From: Squalus acanthias
Taxonomy: Eukaryota
Reading direction: 5' to 3'
Assembly: GCA_030390025.1 (NCBI GenBank)
Contig: JASTWF010000343.1
Location: 310,001-374,000, forward strand
Length of the DNA: 64,000 bases
This document shows, piece by piece, positions 48,668-62,729 of this stretch. The notes beneath the pieces were generated by a model. That model was not told the origin of the DNA, ran no database searches, and worked only from the letters and a program-made list of their open reading frames with translations. The number at the start of each line of letters is the position of its first letter. The first letter of the stretch is position 1. Both the position numbers and the translations under genes were made by a program.

Positions 48668-49346
48668 GAGGCGGCGAGGGGCGATACTTAAGGTGAGCCC
48701 CGAGGGGGCGAGGGGCGGTACTTAAGGTGAGCCCCGAGGGGGCGAGGGGCGGTACTTAAGGTGAGCCCCGAGGGGGCGAGGGGCGGTACTTAAGGTGAGC
48801 CCCGAGGGGGCGAGGGGCGGTACTTAAGATGAGCCCCGAGGGGGCGAGGGGCGGTACTTAAGGTGAGCCCCGAGGGGGCGAGGGGCGGTACTTAAGGTGA
48901 GCCCCGAGGGGGCGAGGGGCGGTACTTAAGGTGAGCCCCGAGGGGGCGAGGGGCGGTACTTAAGGTGAGCCCCGAGGGGGCGAGGGGCGGTACATAAGGT
49001 GAGCCCCGAGGCGGCGAGGGGCGGTACTTAAGGTGAGCCCCGAGGGGGCGAGGGGCGGTACTTAAGGTGAGCCCCGAGGGGGCAAGCTGCGGTACTTAAG
49101 GTGAGCCCCGAGGGGGCGAGGGGCGGTACTTAAGGTGAGCCCCGAGGGGGCGAGGGGCGGTACTTAAGGGGAGCCCCGAGGGGGCGAGGGGCGGTACTTA
49201 AGGGGAGCCCCGAGGGGGCGAGGGGCGGTACTTAAGGTGAGCCCCGAGGGGGCGGGGGGCGGTACTTAAGGTGTGACCCGAGGGGGCGAAGGGCGGTACT
49301 TAAGGTGAGCCCCGAGGGGGCGGTACATAAGGTGAGCCCCGAGGGG
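48668..49346. repeat. 34-bp GC-rich tandem array (~20 copies) abutting a CR1 5' UTR
   Basis: GAGGGGGCGAGGGGCGGTACTTAAGGTGAGCCCC. Confidence 0.97.
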
Positions 49347-52300
49347 GTTTACAAATCCAGGTTCCGGGAGAGGGAAGCAAAAAGTATTCGTAGTGTGACG
49401 TCACCAAAAAGCAGGTAAGTGATTGGTTGGTGAGTGTTTTCTTAATTTTTCTAAACTTAAATTTTGTGGTTTCTACGGTCTCTTTGTGTCGTGGGGACTA
49501 CTGTTAAGCAAGGGCCCTTGAGTATATCACTTAATTCCAGTGTAATTGGTGGGATCCATTTAATTTTAATTTAATTCTAATTAAAGGGTAAGTCTTGGCA
49601 GGACAGCTTGGTGCTGTGACATGCTCTTCCTGCACTATGTGGGAAATCAGGGACACTTCCTGTGTCCCTGACAACCATGTGTGCGGGAGGTGTATCCAGC
49701 TGCAGCTACTGACAGACCGCATTGCGGCGCTGGAGCTGCGGATGGATGCATACTGGAGCATTCGCGATGCTGAGGACATCGTGGATAACATGTTTCGGGA
49801 GTCGGTCACACCGCAGGTAAAGGGTGTACAGGCAGGAAGGGAATGGGTGACCACCAGGCAGAGTAATAGGCGCAGGCAGGTAGTGCAGGGGTCCCCTGTG
49901 GCCATCCCCCTCTCAAACAGATATACCGCTTTGGATATTGTTGAGGGAGATGGCTTATCAGGGGAAGACAGCAGCAGCCAACTTCCTAGCACCGTAGGTG
50001 GTTCTGCTGCACAGGATGGGAGGAAAAAGAGTGGGAGAGCTATAGTGATAGGGGATTCTATTGTAAGGGGAATAGATAGGCGTTTCTGCGGCCGCAAACG
50101 AGACTCCAGGATGGTATGTTGCCTCCCTGGTGCAAGGGTCAAGGATGTCTCAGAGCGGCTACAGAGCATTTTGGAAGGGGAGGGTGAACAGCCAGTTGTC
50201 ATGGTGCATATAGGTACCAACGATATATGTAATAAAACGGGATGAGGTCCTAAAAGCAGAATATAGGGAGTTAGGAGGTAAATTAAAAAATAGGACCTCA
50301 AAGGTAGTAATCTCAGGATTGCTACCAGTGCCACGTGCTAGTCAGAGTAGAAATAGAAGGATATTTCAAATGAATACGTGGCTAGAGGAATGGTGCAAGG
50401 GGGAGGGATTCAAATTCCTGGGGCATTGGAACCGGTTCTGGGAGAGGTGGGACCAGTAGAAACCGGACGGTCTACACCTGGGCAGGGCCGGGACCGATGT
50501 CCTCGGGGGAGTGTTTGCTCGTGCTCTGGGGGAGGGTTTAAACTAAAGTGGCAGGGGGTTGGGAACCTGAGCAGGGAGACAGAGGAACGGGAAACGAGGA
50601 TAAAAGCAAAAGGTAGGAAGGAGAAAAACAAAAGTGGCAGTCAGAGAAAACAATGGTTTAAATCAAACATGGCCACAGTAAATACTAATTCTAATAGGTC
50701 TAAGAGCGTTAAAAAAACAAGCCTGAAGGCTTTGTGTCTTAATGCAAGGAGCATTCGGAACAAGGTGGATGAATTAGCTGCGCAAATAGAGGTAAACGAA
50801 TATGATTTGATTGGGATTACCGAAACATGGCTCCAGGGTGGCCAAGGCTGGGAACTCAACATCTAGGGGTACTCAATATTCAGGAAAGATAGGCAAAAAG
50901 GAAAGGTAGGTGGTGTAGCATTGCTGGTTAAAGAGGGGATTAACACAATTGAAAGGAAGGATATTAGCTCTGATGATGTGGAATCTGTATGGGTTAAACT
51001 GAGAAATAACAAGGGGCAGAAAACGTTAGTGGGAGTGATATATAGACCCCCAAACAGTAATACGGATGTTGGGGATGGCATTAAAAGGGAAATTTGGGAA
51101 GCGTGCAATAAGGGCACAGCAGTCATCATGGGTGATTTTAAACTACATATAGATTGGGCTAACCAAATTAGTAACAATACTATGGAGGAGGAATTCCTGG
51201 AGTGTTTACGGGATGGTTTCCTGGACCAATATGTCAAGGAACCAACCAGAGATCAGGCCATCTTAGACTGGGTATTATGCAATGAGAAAGGATTAATTAG
51301 CAATCTTGTTGTGCGAGGCCCCTTGGGTCGGAGCGATCATAATATGATAGAATTCTTCATTAGGATGGAGAGTGAAGTAGTTGACTCAGAGACTAGGGTC
51401 CTGAATTTAAATAAAGGAAACTACGATGGTATGAGGTGCGAGTTGGGTAGGATTGATTGGGGAATGTCACTCAAAGGGTTGACGGTGGATAGGCAATGGC
51501 AAACATTCAAAGACAACATGGACGAACTACAGAATTTGTTCATCCCAGTTTGGCATAAGAATAAAACAAAAAGGGTGACTCAACCGTGGCTAACAAGGGA
51601 AATTAGGGATAGCATAAGATCCAAGGAGAGGGCATATAAATTGGCCAGAAAAAGCAGTAACCCTGTGGATTGGGAGCAGTTTAAGATTCAACAAAGGAGG
51701 ACAAAGGGATTAATTAAGAAGGGGAAAATAGAATACGAGAGTAAGCTTGCTGGGAACATAAAAACTGACTGTAAAAGCTTTTATAGATATGTGAAGAGAA
51801 AAAGATTAGTGAAATCAAGCATAGGACCCTTGCAGTCAGAATCAGGGGAACTTATAATGGGGAACAAAGAAATGTCAGACCAATTAAATACATATTTTGG
51901 TTCTGTCTTCACAAAGGAGGACACAAATAACCTCCCAGAGATGTCGGGGAACATAGGGTCTGATGAAAGGGAGGAACTGAAAGAAATCAGTATTTGTAAG
52001 GAAATGGTGTTAGGGAAATTGAAGGCCGATAAATCCCCAGGGCCTGATAATCTACATCCTAGGGTAATTAAGGAAGTGGCCCTAGAAATAGTAGATGCAT
52101 TGCTGATCATCTTCCAACATTTGATGGAATCTGGAACAGTACCCATGGATTGGAGGGTAGCTAATGTTACCCCACTATTCAAAAAGGGTGGTAGAGAGAA
52201 AACGGGGAATTACAGACCGGTAAGCCTGACATCGGTAGTGGGGAAAATGCTAGAGTCCATTATAAAAGATATAATAGCTGAGCACTTGGAAAACAGTGAC

Positions 52301-53607
52301 AGGATTGGACAAAGTCAACATGGATTTACAAAAGGTAAATCATGCTTGACTAATCTACTGGAATTTTTTGAGGATGTAACTGGTAAAATAGATAAGGGAG
52401 AACCAGTGGATGTGGTGTATTTGGACTTCCAAAAGGCTTTTGATAAGGTCCCGCATAAGAGATTAGCGCGTAAAGTTAAGGCACATGGGAGTGGGGGTAA
52501 GGTACTGACTTGGATAGAGAACTGGTTGGCAAACAGAAAGCAAAGAGTTGCAATAAACGGGTCTTTTTCCGAGTGGCAGGCAGTGACTAGTGGGGTACCG
52601 CAGGGATCGGTCCTTGGACCCCAGCTATTCACAATATATATTAATGATCTAGACAAGGGAACTAGATGTAATATCTCCAAGTTTGCAGACGACACAAAAC
52701 TGGGTGGGCGTGTGTGCTCCGAGGAGGATGCCGAGAAACTCCAGGATGATTTGGACAGGTTGGGTGATTGGGCAGAAGCGTGGCAGATGCAATATAACGT
52801 GGATAAATGCGAGGTTATCCACTTTGGTGTCAAAAACAGAAAGGCAGATTATTATCTGAATGGCAATAGATTGGGAGAAGAAGAAGTGCAACGAGACCTG
52901 GGTGTCCTTGTGCACCAGTCGCTGAAGGTAAGCATACAGGTGCAGCAGGCAGTTAAGAAGGCAAATGGTATGTTGGCCTTCATAGCGAGAGGGTTTGAGT
53001 ACAGGAACAAGGATGTCTTGCTGCAGTTGTACAGGGCCTTAGCGAGACTACACCTTGAGTAGTGTGTGCAGTTTTGGTCGCCTTATCTGAGGAAGGATGT
53101 TCTTGCCATGGAAGGAGTTCAGCGAAGATTCACAAGGCTGATACCTGGGATGGCAGGAATGACGTATGAAGAGAGATTGGGTCGATTGGGCTTATACTCG
53201 CTGGAGTTTAGAAGAATGAGAGGGGATCTCATTGAAACTTATAAAATTCTGACAGGACAGGACAAACTAGATGCAGGAAGGATGTTCCCGATGGTCGGGG
53301 AGTCCAGAACCAGGGGTCACAGTCTAAGGATAAGGGGTGAGCCATTTAGGACAGAAATGAGGAGGAATTTCTTCACCCAGAGAGTGGTGAACCTGTGGAA
53401 TTCTCTACCACAGAAGGCAGTAGAGGCCAATTCATTAAATAGATTCAAGAAGGAGTTGGATATATTTCTTAAGGCTAAAGGGATCAAGGGATATGGGGAG
53501 AAAGCAGGGACAGGGTACTGAATTTGGATGATCAGCCATGATCGCACTGAATGGCGGAGCAGGCTAGAGGGGCCGAATGGCCTGCTCCTATCTTCTATGA
53601 TTCTATG
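49347..53607 (+). mobile_element. Full-length, nearly intact CR1 LINE
   Basis: 5' UTR; ORF1 from 49595 (CSSC..CGRC, coiled coil, GDSIVRG, HIGTND, DGLHL; disrupted); ORF2 ~50669-53521 in one frame with two TAG stops (50864, 53060); TTCTATG tail. Confidence 0.97.
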
Positions 53608-54444
53608 GTGCCTGCATGCAGCAAGACCTGGACGACATTCAGGCTTGGGCTGATAAGTGGCAGGTAACATTCGCGCCACACAAGTGCCAGGCAATGACTA
53701 TCTCCAACAAACAAGCGTCTAACCACTGACCCTTGACATTCAACGGCATTACCATCGCCGAATCCCCCACCATCAATATCCTGGGGGTTACCATTGACCA
53801 GAAACTTAACTGGACCAGCCACATAAAGACTGTGGCAACAATAGCGAGTCAGAGACTGGGTATTCTGCGGCGAGTGTCTCACCTCCTGACTCCCCAAAGC
53901 CTTTCCCCCATCTACAAGGCACAAGTCAGGAGTATGATGGAATACTCTCCACTTGCCTGGATGAGTTCAGCTCCAACAACACTCAAGAAGCTCGACACCA
54001 TCCAGGACAAAGCAGCCCGCTTGATTGGCACCCCATCCACCACCTTAAACATTCACTCCCTCCACCATCGGCGTACCGTGGCTGCAGTGTGTACCATCTA
54101 CAAGATGAACTGCAGCAACTCGCCAAGCTTCTTCGGCAGCACCTCCCAAACCTCTAGCACCGAGTAGGACAAGGGCAGCAGGCGCAGGGGAACACCACCA
54201 CCTCCAAGTTCTCCTCCAATTCACACACCACTCTGACTTGGAAATATATCGCCGTTCCTTCATCGTCGCTGGGTCAAAATCCTGGAACTCCCTCCCTAAC
54301 AGCACTGTGGGAGTACCTTCACCACACGGACTGCAGCGGTTCAAGGCAGCGGCTCACCACCACCTTCTCAAGGGCAATTAGGGATGGGCAATAAATGCTG
54401 GCCTTGCCAGCAATGCCCACATCCCATGAACAAATTTAAAAAAA
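53608..54444 (+). mobile_element. 3' end of the second CR1-group LINE family
   Basis: AWADKWQVTFAPHKCQ..ILGVTIDQKLNW..YKAQVRSMMEYS..KSWNSLP and an A-rich tail. Confidence 0.85.
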
Positions 54445-57020
54445 GCAATGGCTAGCATTTAAAGAAGTAATATATAATTTACAACAAATATACATTCCTT
54501 TAAGGCACAAAAGCCCCACAGGAAAAGTGGTCCAATCGTGGCTAACAAGAGAAGTTAAAGATAGTATTAGATCAAAGGAAGAGGCTTATAATATTGCCAA
54601 AAAGAGCAGTAAGCCTGAGGATTGGGAGGATTTTAGAATTCAGTAAAGGAGGACCAAGAAATTAATAAAGAAAGAGTAAATAGAATGAGAGTAAACTAGC
54701 GAGAGACATAAAAACAGACTGTAAAAGCTTCTCTAGGTATGTAAACAGGAAAAGATTAGCGAAAGTAAATGTGGGTCCCTTACAGGCTGAGATTGGAGAA
54801 ATTATAATGGGGAATAAGGAAATGGCAGAGAAATTAAACAACTACTTTGTGTCTGTCTTCACGGAAGAAGATGCAAAAAACCTCCCGGAAATACTGGAGA
54901 GCCACGGGTCTGGTGAGAATGAGGAACTGAAAGAAATTAGTATTAGTAAAAAAAATAGTACTGGAGAAATTAATGGGACTGAAAGCCAATAAATCCCCTG
55001 GACCTGATGGCCTACATCCTACGGTTTTGAAAGAGGTGGCTATAGAGATAGTGGATGCATTGGTTCTCATCCTCCAAAATGCCATTGATTCTAGAACGGT
55101 TCCCACGGATTGGAAGGTGGCAAATGTAACCCCACTATTTAAGAAAGGAGGGAGAGAGAAACCGGGGAACTACAGACCAGTTAGCCTGACATCAGTAGTA
55201 GGGAAAATGCTAGAATCTATTATTAAGGACCTGGTAACAGGGCACTAGAAAATAATAATAGGATTGGGCAGAGTCAACACGGATTTATGAAAGGGAAATC
55301 ATGTTTGACAAATCTGTTGAGAGTTTTTTGAGGTTCTAACTAGTAGAATAGATAAGGGGGACCAGTGGATGTGGTGTATTTGGATTTTCAGAAGGCCTTT
55401 GATAAAGTCCCACACAAGAGGTTATTAAACAAAATTAGGGTTCATGGATTGGGGGTAATATACTAGCATGGATTGAGGATTGGTTAACGGACAGAAAACA
55501 GAGAGTAGGAATAAACGGGTCATTTTCGGGTTGACAGGCTGTAACTAGTGGGGTACTGCAAGGTTCAGTGCTTGGGCCTCAGCTATTCACAATCTACATC
55601 AATGATTTGTACAGAACTGTCATACGTATGAGTGGGAATGACTAAAAAATCACCCGAACACGTGAAATAAATTTAAAATAAACATTACATATATAAAATT
55701 AATTAAAATGGCATTTAATTAAATATTTTAAACAAAAATTTAATTTTTTGGAAAAAAATGTATATGTTTCAATGGGGCTAAAAATAAACTTCCCTTATTG
55801 GACAGGGTTTTTAATGTATAAATGAGTGATAAAATTTTATTTTTCTATTTTTTAAACTCTTATGCTGGTAAACCAGGCGTAAGAATTCCACGGCCTTTCA
55901 GCGGGCGGAGGTTGGGCCAATAGCGCCCTTTTCCTGGGGATGTGGCGGATCTGTCAAGAGAATTCTTGACAGATCGCAAGTGCCGGGTTTTAGTGCATGT
56001 GCTACGCATGCCTAAACCCGGCACGTGTGCAGCCCCTCCGGGCACATGCGCACCTCGTACGCACCCGTAGGGGTCGCAAAATACGGCCCAATATATCCAA
56101 GTTTGCTGATGATACAAAGCTGGGTGGGACTGTAAGTTATGAGGAGGATGCAAAGAGGCTTCAAGGGGAAATAGACAGGCTAAGTGAGTGGGGCAAGAAC
56201 AAGACAAATGGAATATAATGTGGAGAAATGTGAAGTTATCCACCTTGGTCAGAAAAATAGAAAAGCAGACTTTTTTTAAATGGTGAAAGATTGGGAAATG
56301 TTGGTGTTCAGAGGGACCTGGGTGTCGTTGTACAGGAATCACTGAAAGTTAACATGCAGGTACAGCAAGCAATTAGGAGAGCAAATGATATGTTGGCCTT
56401 TATTACAAGAGGATTTGAGTATAAGAGTAAAGACGTCTTACTGCAATTATATAGGGCCCTGGTGAGACCACACCTGGAGTATTGTGTACAGTTTTGGTCT
56501 CCTTACCCAAGGAAGGATATACTTGCCAGAGAGGGAGTGCAACGAAGGTTCACCAGACTGGTTCCTGGGATGGGGGGATTGTCTTATGAGGAGAGATTGA
56601 GTAGACTAGGCCTATATTCACTAGAGTTTTAAAAAAAGAGAATTGATCTCTTTGAAACATACAAAACTCTTACAGGGCTTGACAGGGTAGATGCAGGGAG
56701 GATGTTTCCCCTGGCTGGGGAGTCTAGAACCAGGGGGTCACAGTCTCAGGATAAGGGGTCGGCCATTTAGGACTGAGATGAGGAGAAATTTCTTCACTCA
56801 GGAGGTGGTGAATCTTTAGAATTCTCTACCCCAGGGGGCTGTGGAGACTCAGTCATTGAGTATATTCAAGACAGAGATCGATAGATTGTTGAATATTAAG
56901 GGAACCAAGGGATGTGGGGATAGTGCAGGAAAGTGGAGATGAGGAAGATGAGCCATGATCTTATTGAATGTTGGAGCAGGCTCGAGGGCCCGAATGGCCC
57001 ACTCCTGCTCCAGGTCCTTT
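54445..57020 (+). mobile_element. CR1 ORF2/3' end, interrupted at ~55610-56089
   Basis: KSPGPDGLHP..NYRPVSLTS, YINDL before the interruption and ISKFADDTK after it. Confidence 0.9.
55610..56089. mobile_element. Partial non-autonomous DNA transposon inside CR1
   Basis: AT-rich body then a CpG-rich subterminal region ending AAATACGGCCC|AAT, the same layout as 62730-63476; the other end is missing. Confidence 0.6.
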
Positions 57021-57029
57021 TGTTCTGAT

Positions 57030-57630
57030 GAGGTCACCGGCTGGGCGCCGCGCATGCTCAGGAGGCAGAACTCAGGCCAACAATCCGGCCGCTGCTGCGC
57101 CTGCGCGCTGGGGTCACCGGGGCAACCGCGCGGGGGCTCCTGGGTAAGGTGAACGGGCGGCCGTTGAGGCCGAGTCACCGACGGAAAGTGAGTTTGCTGC
57201 ACCGAGTTAGCTTGCGGTTAGGCGGGGAGTGGGGACGGAGAGAGAGAGAAAATAAAGTAAAATACAAACCCGAGAGTCGGGCGGGAGCTCCCCGGACACC
57301 GAATGGAGCGGATTCAGCCGCATCCATCACTCGGGGTGGCGAGGGGACGGAGTGAACTGGAGCACGTGATCCCGGGGCTCGACCTGATTGACGGGAGCTC
57401 GGACCAATAGGAAGAGCGGGGCGGGGCTGGAGGACCGAGCGGGCGGCGGTTCCTCCAACCAATGGCGGTGCAGCAAGGGGGCGGGGCCTGGTGAGCAGCT
57501 CAGGTGCCCTGGGGCCGATTGTGACGCGCTGTCCCCAGGTGAGAGCAGCTCAGTCAGCACAGAGCTGGGGCTGGAATCTGGGAGAGGGGCCACAGTCAGC
57601 GGGCCTGGCAAAGGGCCAGTCACTGATTGA
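57030..57630. promoter_or_regulatory. CpG island containing a second, inverted copy of the ZNF promoter core
   Basis: 57385-57490 (TGATTGACGGG.GCTCGGACCAATAGGAAGAGCGGGG..GGAGGACCGAGCGGGCGGCGG..CTCCAACCAAT) is the reverse complement of 45195-45297; CGCGCATGCTCAG near 57049. Confidence 0.75.
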
Positions 57631-57699
57631 ATGGTAGGGATAAGGGGAGACTAACCCAACATCATATCTGTAGCTTAAGTAGATAGACTTTTAAGCGAA

Positions 57700-60600
57700 A
57701 TGATGGACCGATTGCTGCAATTCCTGTGCCATGTGGGAACTTCAGGACGCTTCACGTGTCCCGGATAACCGCGGGTGCAGGAAGTGCCTCCAGTGGCTGG
57801 AACTCGAGCTCAGGGTTTCTGAGCTTGAGGAGCGGCTGGAGTCACTGCAGGGCAGACGGGAGGCTGAGAATTTCCTGGAGCGCACGTTGCAGGAGGTGGT
57901 CACCCCGCAGCTACGGAGAGTTCATGGGAATTGTAACTGGGTGGCCGTCCGGCAGGGTAGGAAGAGGCAGGCAGTGCAGGAATCCTCCGGGAATGTGGCA
58001 CTCGCAAACCTCGGGGGAGTGCAGTCTGGAGAGCATCCACTGCACTGTGGGGCAAATGACTGCACAGGGGGGCACAGCAAAGTGTAGAAATGCAGTGGTC
58101 ATAGGGGATTCGATAGTCAGGGGGATAGACAGGTGCCCGGTGTGTTGTCTCCCTGGTGCCAGGGTAAAGGACATCACGGAGAGGGTGCAGAACATTTTAT
58201 GGGGGGGGAGTTGAACAGCTCGAAGTCGTAGTCCATATAGGAACCAATGACACAGAAAAGAAAAGAGTTGCGGTCCTGCAGTCAGTGTTTCAGGAACTCT
58301 GGAGGAAATTAAAGAGCAGGACCTGAAAGGTAGCAATCTCTGGATTACTCCCAGTGCCATGCACTAGTGAGTGTAGGAATAGTCGGATAAGACAGGTTAA
58401 TGCGTGGCTGGAGAAATGAAGCAGGAAGGAGGACTTCAGATTCCTGGGGCATTGGGACCAGTTCTGGGGCAGGAGGGACCTGTCCAAGGTGGATGGGTTG
58501 CACCTCAACAGAGCTGGGACCAACATCCTCACGGGAAGGTTAACTGGTGCTGTGGGGGAGGGTTTAAACTAATTTGGCAGGAGGTGTGCTCCAGGATGAA
58601 ACATTAGAGAGGAGAAACAAGGTGCACAGAGGACTTGGAGAGGCAAATAGCACTAGATTAAACAATAGTTCAGAAATGGGAGGGATCAGACGGGGGGCAA
58701 ATGCGAAGCAGTCTAAGATGGGTTTGGAGTGCATGTGCGTAAATGCACGGAGCGTGAGAAATAAGGTTGGTGAGCCACAGGCACAAGTCACCACATGGGA
58801 CAATGATATAGTGGGAATAACAGAGACCTGGCTCAAAGAAGGGGAGGATTGGGAACTTAATATTTCTGGCTACAAGGTATTCAGGAAAGAGAGGGAAGGG
58901 GGAAAAAAGGAGGAGGTGGCAATACTGATCAATGAAACTATTGTAGCACTGGAGAGGGATGATGTAGTTGAGGGGGTGATGACAGAATCTATTTGGTTAG
59001 ATTTATGGAACAGTAGATGAGCTATTATGCTACAGGGTGTATACTATAGGCCACCAAATAATGGGAAGGAGATAATGGAGCAAATTTGCAGGCAAATTAC
59101 AGAAAGATACACGAACTACAGAGTAGTGATAATGGGAGACTTCAATTATCCTAATATAGACTGGGATAGCAACAGTCTAAAGGGCGAAGAGGGGGAGGAA
59201 TTCCTGAAATGCGTACAAGAGAATTTTCTTGAACACTGTTTCCAGCCCAACGAGGAAGGAAGCAGTGCTGGATCTAGTTCTGGGGAATGAAGTGGAGCAA
59301 GTGGAGCATGTTTCAGTGGAAGAGCATTTGGGGAACAGTGATCAGAATATCGTCAGCTTAAAAATAGTTATGGAAAAGGACAAGTGTAAAAATATTTAAC
59401 TGGAGGAGGGCTAACTTCAGTGAGTTGAAAAGGGATCTGGCCCAGGTGGATTGGAATCAAAAGTTGGTTGGCAAAACAGTAATTGAACAATGGGAGGGCT
59501 TCAAAGAGGAGATGGTTTGTGTACAGAGTAGACACATTGCCATGAGGGGGAAAGGAAGGGCATCCAAAGCTGGAGCTCCCTGGATGACTAAAGATATAGA
59601 GGTTAAAATAAGAATGAAAAAGGAGGCTTATGACAATTCTAAGGTTAATAAGATAGTAGAAAACCAAGCTGAATATAGAAAGTACAGAGGAGATATAAAA
59701 AGGGAATAAGAGGGGCAAAGAGAGAGTATGAGAATAGATTAGCGGCTAACATAAAAGGGAACCCAAAAGTCTTTTATAAACACATAAATAGTAAAAGGGT
59801 AGTCAAAGGAAGGCTGGGGCCGATTCGGGACCAAAAACATCATCTTGTGGAGGCAGAGGGCAATGGCTGAGATACTAAATGAGTACTTTACTTCAGTCTT
59901 CACCAGAGAAGAGGATGCTGCCAATGTAGCAGTAAAGGAGGAGGCAATAACAATATTGCATAGGATAAAAATAGATGAAGAGGATGTACAAGGTTGGGGG
60001 ACTTTAATCTTCATTATAGACTGGATAAATCAAATTGGCAAAGGTAGTCTGGAGGACAAGTTCATGGAATGCATTCGGGACAGTTTCCGAGAACAATATG
60101 TCATGGAACCAACCAGGGAACAGGCTATTTTAGATCTTGTATTGTGTAATGAGACAGGGTTAATTAACAATCTCATAGTAAAGGATCCTCTGGGGCCGAG
60201 TGATCATAGCAGAAATGTTAAACAAATATTTTGTATCTGTCTTCACAGTAGAAGACACAAAAAGCATACCGAAAATGGTGGGGAACCAAGGGTCTAATGA
60301 GGGTGGGGAACTTAACGTAATTAATATAAGTTGACAAAAAGTACTAGAGAAACTAATGGGACTAAAAGCCGACAAATCCCCTGGATCTGACGGCCTACAT
60401 CCTAGGGTTCTAAAAGAGGTGGCTGAAGAGATAGTGGATGCATTGGTTTTGATCTACCAAAATTCCCTAGATTCTGGAATGGTCCCAGCGGACTGGAAGG
60501 TCATAAATGTAACACCACTATTCAAGAAAAGAGGGAGAAAAAAACACAGGGAACTGCAGGCCAGTTAGCCTGACATCAGTCGTCGGGAAAATGCTGGAAT

Positions 60601-61945
60601 CCATTGTTAAGGAAGTGGTATCAGGGCACTTAGAAAATCATAACATGATTAGGCAGAGTCAACATGGTTTTGTGAAAGGGAAATCGTGTTTGACAAATTT
60701 ATGAGTTTTTTGAGAATGTAACTAGCAGGGTAGATAAAGGGGAACCAGTGGATGTAGTATATTTGGATTTCCAAAAGGCATTCGATAAGGTGCCACGTAA
60801 AAGGTTATTACACAAGATTAGGGCTCACGGGGTTGGGTGTAATATAGTAGCATGGATGGAGGATTGGTTAACGGACAGAAAACAGAGAGTAGGGATAAAC
60901 TGATCTTTTTCAGGTTGGCAGGCTGTAACTAGTGGGGTGCCGCAAGGATCAGTGCTGGGGGCAGTTATTTACAATCTATATTAATGACCTAGATGAAGGG
61001 ACCGAGTGTAATGTATCCAAGTTTGCTGATGATACAAAGCTAGGTGGGACAGTAAGTGAGGAGAACACAAAGAGTCTGCAAAGAGATATAGATAGATTAA
61101 GTGAGTGGGCAGTAAGGTGGCAGATGGAGTGTAATGTAGGGAAATGTAAGGTTATTCACTTTGGTAGGAAGAATAGAAAAACTGAATTTTTTTAAATGGT
61201 GAGAAACTTTCAAATGTTGGTGTTCAGAGAGATTTGGGTGTCCTCGTGCAAGAAACACAGAAAGCTAGCATGCAGGTACAGCAAGCAATAAAGAAGGCAA
61301 ATGACATGTTGGCCTTTATTGCAAGGGGGTTGGAGTATAAGAGTAAGGAAGTCTTGCTACAATTGTACAGGGCCTTGGTGAGATCACACCTGGAGTACTG
61401 TGCACAGTTTTGGTCTCCTTCTCTAAGGAAGGATATTCTTGCCTTGGAGGTAGTGCAACGAAGGTTCACTAGATTGATTCCTGGGATGAAAGGGCTGTCC
61501 TGTGATAAGAGATTGTGCAGAATGGGCCTATACTCTCTGGAGTTTAGAAGAATGAGAGGTGATCTCATTGAAACATACAAGATTCTGAAGGGGATTGACC
61601 GGGTAGATGCTGAGATGTTGTTTCCCCTGGCTGGAGTGTCTAGAACGAGGGGGCATAGTCTCAGGATAAAGGGTAGGCCATTTAAGACTGAGATGAGGAG
61701 GAATTTCTTCACTGAGGATTGTGAATCTTTGGAATTCTCTGCCCCAGAGGGCTGTGAATGCTGAGTCTTTGAGTATATTCAAGGCTGAGATAGATAGATT
61801 TTTGGACTCATGGGGAATCATGGGATATAGAGATTGGGTGGGAAAGTGGAGTTGAGGTCGATGATCAGCCATGATCTTATTGAATGGTGGAGCAGGCTCG
61901 AGGGGCCCGATGGCCCACTCCTGCTCTTATTTCTTATGTTCTTCT
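57700..61945 (+). mobile_element. Composite of CR1 pieces (ORF1-APE 57700-59985; APE fragment to ~60210; RT-3' end to 61945)
   Basis: CRKCLQ, GDSIVRG, CVNARSVRNK..ITETWL, FADDTK and 3' UTR, with non-colinear junctions near 59985 and 60210. Confidence 0.88.
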
Positions 61946-62024
61946 CTGCTGGGTTTTGGCAGGAATCGAGGAAAAAACAGCTGGAAATTCCCTGATCTGT
62001 GATTTACAAGGACACTTTCCCTGG

Positions 62025-62610
62025 TACATAAGAAATAGGTGCAGGAGTAGGCCATTCGGCCCCTCGAGCCTGCTCCGCCATTCAATAAGATCATGGCTGA
62101 TCTGATCTTGGCCTCAACTCCACTTCCCTGCCCGCTCCCCATAACCCTTGATTCCCCTGTTTTTCAAAAATCTGTCTATCTCCACCTTGACTATATTCAA
62201 TGTCTCAGCCTCCACAGCTCTCTAGGGTAGAGAATTCCAAAGATTCACGACTCTCAGAGAAGAAATTCCTCCTCATCTCCTCCGTTTTAAATGGGTGACC
62301 CCTTATTCTGAAACTATGCCCCCTAGTTCTAGATTCCCCCACGAGGGGTAACATCCTCTCAGCATCTACCCTGTCGAGCCCCCTCAGAATCTTGTATGTT
62401 TCAATAAGATCACCTCATTCTTCTAAACTCCAATGAGTATAGGCCCAGCCTGCTCAACCTGTCCTCATAAGTCAACCCCTTCATCCCAGGAATCAACCTA
62501 GTGAAGCTTCTCTGAACTGCATCCAATGCAAGTATATCATTCCTTAAATAAGGAGAGCAAAACTGTACGCAGTACTCCAGGTGTGGTCTCACTAACGCCC
62601 TGTACAGTTG
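62025..62610 (-). mobile_element. CR1 3' end
   Basis: QLYRALVRPHLEYC..EFRRMR plus 3' UTR. Confidence 0.9.
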
Positions 62611-62729
62611 TTCCCAGCAGTTACTTTTCCTCAGTACTGTTCTCATTATCACTAAACTACCCTCCTGCTGATAATTTTGTTATTTCTTATAGTTTCACAA
62701 TTATAGGTATAAACATCACGCATTATAAT

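Noticed and set aside
33637..49346. CRISPR-like arrays
   Set aside because: All arrays are head-to-tail tandem repeats with no unique spacers; the context is eukaryotic and there are no cas genes.
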